Origin: a virus
Strand: one strand, 5' to 3'
IMG/VR virus record: IMGVR_UViG_3300012346_000689
Location: 15,318 to 79,317 of that record
DNA length: 64,000 bases
Positions 56,831 to 64,000 of the stretch are shown here, in pieces. How positions within the stretch are numbered: the first letter of the stretch is position 1; every line of letters begins with the position of its first letter. The notes under the pieces are model-generated. The model searched no databases. It had not been told where the DNA came from and saw only the letters and a program-made list of their open reading frames with translations. Both the position numbers and the translations under genes were made by a program.

Positions 56831-59128
56831 CTATTCGATTTTTCTGGATTGGACGGTTTCTTCCTGTTCTAGTCCTATTGCGAGATTGATTGAATCGAGC
56901 GTGATAACCCCTGCGATCTTCCACTGTTCGGACATGGAGAAGACTCGATATATTTGACCGCTAACGATAACCCTTTGGCCTATAACTAGATTTATAGGGT
57001 ATTTGAGGGAAATATCCCCTGATACCTCATTCTGGCTATTGAGGATCTCATATTGAGTCTGTACACCTGTCTCCGCATCTGAGAGTTCGGTTATGTCAGG
57101 AAAGCTTACCGACCCGTTCTCTATATTATCTGAGAGCATTGAGTTGTCGGTAGAGATAAGCCACCGCTTGCTATTGACATCCTCGTCATTCTCGGTGTTA
57201 GGTGCGGTTTTGTTTAGCTTCTCGATACGGGAAGCTTGCCCCGGCACCCCGTTCTGTTCCTCTTCGGTTTGACTGTAAGCTGATTGCTTAATGACCTTTT
57301 CCTCTTGGCGCATTACGTTATTAATCACCTTGTATCGCTGCGGAAAGGTTGATGTGATCAGGGTCTGTTGTTGCTCTCTTTGTAAAGTGCTGAGGATAAT
57401 ATCCGATTTAGGGTCATCTTCGCTAGAGTCAGGGTCAGGGTAATTCAAAAACACACCCTCTTGCTTGAGGTATTCCTTGGAGTAAAAGGGTTTAACGTTA
57501 TCCTCTTCTACCCCAGTTTTAGCTAGTTTGGGGTAGTATTTGATTAAATCTTCAAGGGTGAAGTTTTCCTGATATGGGTACTCAATCCAGAAGAACTCGG
57601 AATAAGCTGCCTGACTCTTTTCAAGGTTAGCGATCGCTTCCTCGTCGGTTTCTTGGTCAATCTGGTATTGATAGATAATAGATTCTTTTTCTTGTTCCTG
57701 TTTAAGTCGTCTCAATTCTTTTACCTTGCCGGACACTTTAACTAAATAGCCGTAATTGTCGAAGTCGTAAAGGAAAGTCTTGATAGTCTCTTTGACCTTC
57801 TGCCATGTGGCATTAACGGCAGCCTCACTAGGGCTAAATATGTAATGAGGGACTCCATTGTTATCTAGGTAGTAGGTGTGAGTATCCACGGACGTATAGA
57901 CGTAACCCCACTCTTCCTCTATGATCTCTAAGTCCTCGCCATTAAGTTGAGTAGTTATGGTGTGGATGGTTTTCTCTGTTGTTATATCAAAGCACCATGA
58001 GGCAGTCTGTAGGTTGTTTATATCAAAGGCTTCGTAATATCCCTGTTTTAGGGTTCTAGGTGCTTGGAAATAGTCGCTGCGCCCTGTCTCTACCGTGCTA
58101 TATTTATCCCCTTCATTGTTCACTACATTATCTATAGATAAGACCGCATTGGTGACTTTAGATTTGAATCCGTAGGTTAAAGTTCTTGGTGGTATCCAAT
58201 CGGTTATGACGGTATAAGGTAAATTTGCCCACGTCCTCAGTCTGATCTTATTTGGGGATTCCCAGTCTATGATTTTTCCGTCAGGGTAAAATCTCTCGTT
58301 AGTTAGCAGTTCCCTGAGTTTTACCGCACTACCAGGGGAAATCGGACTAGAAACCCTTATCTTCCTTGAATTGCTCGATATTGCTACACCTACCCTCCGC
58401 GCTACCATGTTCGCTGTGTAGTAATACCCGTCACTGTCTTTAGACACTAAATCCCTAATTGATACCGGCTCATCTAAGGGGTTATCAATAGTGTCGCCTA
58501 ACGCTTCCCATATCCCCTGAAATGCTATTAGGACGGTTATCTTCCCTGTTAAATCTTCTATGGTAAAGCTGACATTGTTGACTCTAAAGCCTAAACTTTT
58601 AATATTGAATTGTCTTCCTATCTCAAAGAAATTGAGGATAGTTTGCTTCTTGCTAACGTCGTCTATTATGGTTAAATTTGCACTAGGTGAACCTTGGAAC
58701 TGTCTCTGGATAGTAAACTCACCTGTTATATTGTATTGAGAGAAAAAGTTAGGGATAAGATTATCCCCAACTTTTAAACCTATTAAGTTACTTTGTTCTG
58801 GATATGAATATAACACGGACAATCCTGAAGCATTAAAACTGGTATTGATAATGATTTGTTGCTGACTGTAATCATAGTAATATTGCCCTGTTTGTGGAGT
58901 GCTATTATTGGTCGGAGCAAATACTACCCCATTCACTTCTAAACGGTCAATTCCCTCTGGAGACTCTGTTAATGGGACTGTGACCTCACTTCCTGAATAG
59001 GTGGGTATGGTGTCCATATTTTGGACACTGTTATCAGGTTTTAATATTGTTGCTGTACTGGCGGATTGTAAGGGAGAACTGTAAACAGACCCGCTAAACC
59101 TATTCAATTCATTTGTTGCTACTAGCAT
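56831..59128 (-). CDS. probable tail/baseplate hub-type protein
   Basis: 765 aa; FNIKSLGFRV..., VARRVGVAI, C-terminal LVIGQRVIVSGQIYRVFS pattern of hub-like proteins. Confidence 0.5.
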   Translation of the reverse strand: MLVATNELNRFSGSVYSSPLQSASTATILKPDNSVQNMDTIPTYSGSEVTVPLTESPEGIDRLEVNGVVFAPTNNSTPQTGQYYYDYSQQQIIINTSFNASGLSVLYSYPEQSNLIGLKVGDNLIPNFFSQYNITGEFTIQRQFQGSPSANLTIIDDVSKKQTILNFFEIGRQFNIKSLGFRVNNVSFTIEDLTGKITVLIAFQGIWEALGDTIDNPLDEPVSIRDLVSKDSDGYYYTANMVARRVGVAISSNSRKIRVSSPISPGSAVKLRELLTNERFYPDGKIIDWESPNKIRLRTWANLPYTVITDWIPPRTLTYGFKSKVTNAVLSIDNVVNNEGDKYSTVETGRSDYFQAPRTLKQGYYEAFDINNLQTASWCFDITTEKTIHTITTQLNGEDLEIIEEEWGYVYTSVDTHTYYLDNNGVPHYIFSPSEAAVNATWQKVKETIKTFLYDFDNYGYLVKVSGKVKELRRLKQEQEKESIIYQYQIDQETDEEAIANLEKSQAAYSEFFWIEYPYQENFTLEDLIKYYPKLAKTGVEEDNVKPFYSKEYLKQEGVFLNYPDPDSSEDDPKSDIILSTLQREQQQTLITSTFPQRYKVINNVMRQEEKVIKQSAYSQTEEEQNGVPGQASRIEKLNKTAPNTENDEDVNSKRWLISTDNSMLSDNIENGSVSFPDITELSDAETGVQTQYEILNSQNEVSGDISLKYPINLVIGQRVIVSGQIYRVFSMSEQWKIAGVITLDSINLAIGLEQEETVQSRKIE

Positions 59129-59548
59129 TTTATTAGATGTGAGTATATGTAATTATTATAAGCAAAAACCACCGCTAGGTGGCTCTTAAAATGTAAACGC
59201 TTGAGGCAGTGCTACTAAGAGGGTTTTTCGTAGCATAGAACAATTATATCGCTTGAACCTATTAGTTTACGATTAAGCTTATTGCTCCCAAAATAATAGC
59301 TAAAATTATTGATTAAGAGAAAGTGATCTGATTGAGTGAAGGGAAAACCAATGTTAACCCGTAGTTAAAAAGCAACATGATCACAAATGCTCCCAACGCA
59401 AGTCCTAGACCACAAATTAATAGCAATAAAGAAATCATTGCTACTTTCTCGATAATAGATAACTGGTTAAATGATGACAGTTTTTTTCATAGTACCTCTA
59501 CATTTATTGATATTATATAATAATTATAAAATACAATCATAATCAACT

Positions 59549-60487
59549 ATGGACAATCAAATCTTTTTATCTGACTGCTTTGATATTATGCGCAATCTTC
59601 CTGATAATAGTATTGATGCGATTATAACTGATCCGCCGTACCTTTATTTAAAGCATAAATTAGACGCTGATTATGATGAGCAAATGTTTATAGATGAGGT
59701 TTTCCGTATATTAAAAAAAGATAGTATATTAGGCTTTTTTGGCAGAGGTCAAAGCTTTTATAAATTGAACCATTTAGCATCTCAAAAAGGGTTTAAATTT
59801 AAAGAAGAGATTGTATGGGACAAGGTGAGAATATCAAGTCCAGTGCTTAGAATAGGAAGATGTCATGAAACATTTGTTATATATGGTAAAGGAAATAAAA
59901 CCATTAATAAGATAAAAATAGATAGGATTGATAATGTTGCTGCTATTGATAGCCATAGATTGATAAATGATATAAAAAGAATCTTATCTACTATCAATTC
60001 AATTAAAACAACAGAGGATTTAATTGCTTTTAAAAATAATAAGTATAATATTCGAGAACCTCAACTAAAGCACTGCTTAACTGTTCATGCTGATTTGCCT
60101 AACTTTGACCGTGGATACAGTGCTTACAAAGCGTTAACAGAAGGATGTTTAATGCCTTCAGTAGTTAGATTTTCTACTGATCATTATAACTATCAACATC
60201 CTACCCAAAAACCTCTAGAATTGATGAAAAGATTGATAGAACTATTAACACCTGAAAACGGGTTAGTATTAGACCCATTTGCCGGCTCATTTACAACCGC
60301 GATCGCTTGTCTAGAAACGGGTAGAAGGTACATTTGTATTGAGAAAGAAGAGGAGTATTTCAACATAGGAAAAGAGAGGATTAAAAGATGGCACAACGAG
60401 CAAAGAGATAGGACGGGAACTTATGAATTACCACCTGATATTGAGAGAATAAAAGAGGATAAATACGGGCAATTAAGCTTGTTTTAA
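59549..60487 (+). CDS. DNA N4/N6 methyltransferase (beta class)
   Basis: IDAIITDPPY, HPTQKPLELMKRLI, VLDPFAGSFTT. Confidence 0.92.
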   Translation: MDNQIFLSDCFDIMRNLPDNSIDAIITDPPYLYLKHKLDADYDEQMFIDEVFRILKKDSILGFFGRGQSFYKLNHLASQKGFKFKEEIVWDKVRISSPVLRIGRCHETFVIYGKGNKTINKIKIDRIDNVAAIDSHRLINDIKRILSTINSIKTTEDLIAFKNNKYNIREPQLKHCLTVHADLPNFDRGYSAYKALTEGCLMPSVVRFSTDHYNYQHPTQKPLELMKRLIELLTPENGLVLDPFAGSFTTAIACLETGRRYICIEKEEEYFNIGKERIKRWHNEQRDRTGTYELPPDIERIKEDKYGQLSLF

Positions 60488-60568
60488 ATATGCTACAATA
60501 AAAGAACTCCCTCACAGTTAAGGGAGTAATAAATGTTTAAAACACAATCACTATAAGGAAGTGAAATT

Positions 60569-61396
60569 ATGTCTAATCATCAAAGTAGTTTTAGTTTAGC
60601 TCTTGCACAAGAGTACATTAGTTCTGGTGAAGATTTTCCAGTTGATTTTGAGGACGCTTGGCAGTGGCTAGATTACTCAAACAAGGGAAACGCCAAGAGA
60701 TCCTTTGAAAAGTCTGGATTCCTTACAGGAGTTGACTTTTGCTCATTTATCAGAACTGAGAAGCGAGAAGTAGGAGCAACTCAAAAGGAAGTTATTAAGC
60801 TTTCTGTTGAGTGTTTTAAAACTTGGGCGATGCTTAGTCAGACCGAGAAAGGAAAACAAGTCAGACTTTATTTTCTTGAGTGCGAAAAGATAGCCAAAAA
60901 ACAGGTACAATTGCCTCAAAACTATCTAGAAGCTCTCAAAGCACTTGTAGCTAGTGAAGAGGAGAAACAACTGCTAGATGCGCAAAAACAGCAACTAGAG
61001 GCAACAATCAAAGAGAACGCTCCTCTGGTAGAGTACGCCCAAAAGATTCAGTTCTCGGAAGACGCGATAGAGTTAGGGGAATACGCACGGCTACTTAAAA
61101 CGGGTCGTAACCGGCTAACTTTTAAAATGCGAGAGCTTAATATCTTAATGAGAAAGTCAGCTATTCCCTATCAAAAATACTTTGACGCGGGATATTTTGA
61201 ACTATCACAAGAGATTGTGGAGTACACCAATAAAAACGGTGAGCCAGCCACGAGAATCATCCCTTTCGCGTTAATCACGGGCAAGGGACAGCTATGGCTC
61301 TACAACAAGCTAAGACACTTAGAATCGATTGAGAAAAGGGCGATCGCAGGTATAAGTGACGGTGTAGTACAATTATCTTGTTTTGTTGGCAAGTAG
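60569..61396 (+). CDS. phage antirepressor (AntA-like N-terminus, KilAC C-terminus)
   Basis: FPVDFEDAWQWLDYS, KQVRLYFLECEK, PYQKYFDAGYF, ITGKGQLWL. Confidence 0.85.
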   Translation: MSNHQSSFSLALAQEYISSGEDFPVDFEDAWQWLDYSNKGNAKRSFEKSGFLTGVDFCSFIRTEKREVGATQKEVIKLSVECFKTWAMLSQTEKGKQVRLYFLECEKIAKKQVQLPQNYLEALKALVASEEEKQLLDAQKQQLEATIKENAPLVEYAQKIQFSEDAIELGEYARLLKTGRNRLTFKMRELNILMRKSAIPYQKYFDAGYFELSQEIVEYTNKNGEPATRIIPFALITGKGQLWLYNKLRHLESIEKRAIAGISDGVVQLSCFVGK

Positions 61397-61431
61397 CTAC
61401 TCTGTTGCAAAGCAGATCGCAATTAAACCTT

Positions 61432-61455
61432 TGTGACAGTTAAGAAACTGTCACA
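61432..61455 (+). promoter_or_regulatory. 24-bp palindrome, copy 6 of 7
   Basis: TGTGACAGTTAAGAAACTGTCACA (perfect 10-bp arms). Confidence 0.7.
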
Positions 61456-61530
61456 AAGGAATACATGATCGTAGTTGGTGGGTGGCTATTATAAAAGAAT
61501 AAGACTATAGCAAAAAAAAGGGGCAAAGCA

Positions 61531-62106
61531 ATGACATTTATCGAAAAAGCGGAAGCACGTTTCATTGAGTGGTTATTAGATAATTATGGGATAGAAAAAG
61601 ATCAAGCATCTTTACTAAGTTTTATCGCGACAAAGAAATTTAAGGGGTGTTTCATGTGTTTGAAGCACGACGCTATTAATCCCGAAATCACTGGAGCGTG
61701 GCTCAACAAATCACGCTGGAACAAGATATTGTATCGTCGGTTTAATTCCACGATGGAATTGAAAACATTTCACGACGATCAAGCCTACGAGGTCCAAACA
61801 TACGAAATCTATGTTCAAGATTTTTTGGATAATATCGAATGGTACGATAGAGAGCTCCAATCGTACACCGAAGGGCTAGAACAAGAGTATCAGTATCACG
61901 GGCAAGGAGAATCAGTGGCGGAGAATGATCTGGAAAATGCTTATCAGTGGGCCGATAGCGCGGATTTTGAAGGGTCTCCCAAGCAAATAAATTGGGCGCG
62001 TGATATAGCCACCAAAAATTGTGAATATATAGTAAGTCTCTGGGAAGCAGGAGAAGAGCCTACTCTCTCTGCTAAATGGTGGATAGACAATCGGCAAAAT
62101 CTTTAA
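61531..62106 (+). CDS. hypothetical protein with GSPKQINWARDI motif
   Basis: 191 aa; motif shared with 8349-8900. Confidence 0.6.
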   Translation: MTFIEKAEARFIEWLLDNYGIEKDQASLLSFIATKKFKGCFMCLKHDAINPEITGAWLNKSRWNKILYRRFNSTMELKTFHDDQAYEVQTYEIYVQDFLDNIEWYDRELQSYTEGLEQEYQYHGQGESVAENDLENAYQWADSADFEGSPKQINWARDIATKNCEYIVSLWEAGEEPTLSAKWWIDNRQNL

Positions 62107-62151
62107 GCGGTAGTGCGCAATCCACAAAACTACTAAAAACTCGTGACCTGT

Positions 62152-62175
62152 TGTGACAGTTAAGAAAGTGTCACA
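62152..62175 (+). promoter_or_regulatory. 24-bp palindrome, copy 7 of 7
   Basis: TGTGACAGTTAAGAAAGTGTCACA. Confidence 0.7.
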
Positions 62176-62267
62176 CGGTTATACATAAAGGCATTTAGAG
62201 TAGTTATCATAAAAAATAAGGAGAGATTTCATTGATGCTGAAATCATGAAATCAAAAAAGGCAGTAG

Positions 62268-62546
62268 GTGGCTAGTATGGCTATGACAATTAAGGAATTT
62301 ACCGACTATATCAATGATCACGCAACTATAGACGAGGTTGTCGTTGAAAAAGAAATAGAACTATGGCAACAAGCCAAATTCGGTGGGGTTGAATTGACCC
62401 AAAAATTGGCGGAGGAAATTGTCCAAAGCTGGAACAGCCAAGAAGAGGACAATTTTGAGGATTCCTATGAAATCTTGGGGATTATCGAATTGCTAGAGGA
62501 GATGAGGTTCTTTGATCAATACTACGATCACTTGTGGCCAACGTAA
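62268..62546 (+). CDS. acidic hypothetical protein
   Basis: 92-aa ORF followed by a terminator-like hairpin. Confidence 0.55.
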   Translation: MASMAMTIKEFTDYINDHATIDEVVVEKEIELWQQAKFGGVELTQKLAEEIVQSWNSQEEDNFEDSYEILGIIELLEEMRFFDQYYDHLWPT

Positions 62547-62630
62547 GGATTCTCAACAAATCAAAAACCACCTAAGTGATTAGGTGGTTTAACTCTTTAA
62601 TAGCGTGTTAGATACAAAGCAATATTTTAA

Positions 62631-63182
62631 TTATACAAGAGTCTGTTTCCGTTCTAAATAACGTTTGTCACACTTAATTGTTTTAGGAGCAAATAACGCG
62701 CGAATATCGTCACAAATAGCCTGAATATGAACAGGGATTCTTTTTGTTCTGAATGCGCTAGAATCAGGTATAATATCACTTAAATGACGATTACCTATAT
62801 CTTTGCTTAAAGTCTCTTTGTAGAGAGCTAATTGCTTTTCAAAACAACGCTTTTCGCATTGTAAATAGGTTTCTGCATCTCGTTTTAACAAGTCTAAATC
62901 AAAGTACAAATGCGAGATAATATTATGTTGATGAGTACAACTATAATAACAAAGCGTTTCAGAAGATTGATTGGGTTTTAAAGTAACGTGCTGTTTAAAA
63001 GAAGTAATCTGTTTGTTCCCGTCATTGTCGCAATATTCTACCTGAATAGACTGTCGTTTTCCTGATACTTTAACAATCGCGCCATAACAAATATAAATAT
63101 CTTGATAGGGTAAATATTGCTGATAGAAACCGACTATATCAGAAGACAAATAACTGTCTAATTGGTCAAATAAAAATTCCAT
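62631..63182 (-). CDS. hypothetical protein
   Basis: GAGG RBS, 183 aa. Confidence 0.55.
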   Translation of the reverse strand: MEFLFDQLDSYLSSDIVGFYQQYLPYQDIYICYGAIVKVSGKRQSIQVEYCDNDGNKQITSFKQHVTLKPNQSSETLCYYSCTHQHNIISHLYFDLDLLKRDAETYLQCEKRCFEKQLALYKETLSKDIGNRHLSDIIPDSSAFRTKRIPVHIQAICDDIRALFAPKTIKCDKRYLERKQTLV

Positions 63183-63572
63183 AATTAATACCTCAAGTGT
63201 TCATTCTATTATAACAAAAAAACAGCTAATTTCTATCTGTTTCCATCTATGGATATTAAAAGCACACAAGCCTAAATCAGAAACTACTTTCTTAATTTAG
63301 GAACACAATAATCGAGCAATGGTACAATTAATTGAACTTGTACATTATTAATAATACCATGGGATATAAAATCTTTGATGCTAGTTTCTATAAGTACACA
63401 ATCTTTATTGAATGGGATGCAAAAGTTTATCATTTTCCATCTATAGTTTTCTCTGTTGATATTAATAGAGAATACCCCGCTATACACTTTCAATTAAATT
63501 GCTGCCACTACAGCGTATCTATATGGTATAGCCAGGGTTATGTAGAAGAGTATGAGATTTTTATGAATGATT

Positions 63573-63992
63573 TTAATCCTCACTCTTAGCGACCTCATTT
63601 TCTAGCTCATCAGCCAATCTAATAGCTTTAGCCATTAGTATTTCTAGATTATTAGGATTCTTTTCGCCCGTAATAAGTGCAGAGTAAATCATAAAAACCT
63701 TGTCTGATTTGCTCATAACGCATTGACTTGTTTCACTGTGTTTCATGTTTAGCATATCAAATAAAATTAGTTCTCGGTCTCTTTTTTCAATACGTTTAAG
63801 AGCGTTGAAAACATCTAGTAATCTAGACTCGTAATCATAAGCGATCGGGTCGGTAAGAACTACTACTTTTTTCTGATTAGAGTTTTGATAATATTGATAA
63901 TTAGGGAAATCAGGGCTAAGAGATGGTATATTTTCCCAACCGTTAGCTATCAGATATTTAATAGCTAGTTTATGATTAATAACTTGGCACAA
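63573..63992 (-). CDS. hypothetical protein
   Basis: 139-aa ORF at the window edge. Confidence 0.45.
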   Translation of the reverse strand: MCQVINHKLAIKYLIANGWENIPSLSPDFPNYQYYQNSNQKKVVVLTDPIAYDYESRLLDVFNALKRIEKRDRELILFDMLNMKHSETSQCVMSKSDKVFMIYSALITGEKNPNNLEILMAKAIRLADELENEVAKSED

Positions 63993-64000
63993 TTTTTTAG

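Larger units (their letters stand above)
1..64000. mobile_element. temperate siphovirus-like cyanophage genome (partial)
   Basis: Integrase plus attP, terminase, portal, capsid, tail, TMP, nblA, about 50 HIP1 sites; no host housekeeping operons. Confidence 0.9.

Noticed and set aside
59270-59480. Small membrane-protein gene on the minus strand
   Set aside because: Needs both a homopolymer correction and read-through of a TAA to be intact; too uncertain to call.
5459-62175. 24-bp palindrome as a CRP/SyCRP1 site
   Set aside because: CRP sites are TGTGA-N6-TCACA; the spacing here is N14 with extended inner symmetry.
1-64000. Reverse transcriptase systems (DGR, retron), TnpB/IscB, or short-period guide arrays
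   Set aside because: No YxDD RT, RuvC or Nop-domain motifs recognised in the ORFs, and no periodic non-coding arrays in the intergenic DNA.

Overview
This window is part of a temperate, long-tailed (siphovirus-like) cyanophage, apparently in its free (attP) form. Evidence for a cyanobacterial host: about 50 HIP1 (GCGATCGC) octamers counted by eye, an nblA gene (missing from the ORF track), and an integrase next to a tRNA-Leu(UAA) 3'-half attachment core that has phage genes on both sides. It carries terminase, portal, head, tail and a 2498-aa tape measure protein, plus recombination/replication helpers, three DNA methyltransferases and a tRNA-Ile2(CAU). The most notable region is 6.1-15.3 kb. 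It holds an array-less type IV-B-like CRISPR effector operon (csf3-csf1-cas11-csf2-csf3) with two Cas5 paralogues and a tRNA-like cloverleaf inside the operon. The operon is flanked by a CysH/PAPS-reductase-like gene coupled to a Coq4-like gene and by a second PP-loop enzyme that abuts the tRNA. Also found: a 7-copy 24-bp palindrome regulon, a 4-copy 15-bp palindrome, two T-loop minihelix leaders, an XRE-HTH-integrase fusion and an HExxH domain inside the tape measure protein. All family calls come from motif recognition by eye; no database searches were run. Three genes are frameshifted by what look like small deletions, which may be assembly errors.
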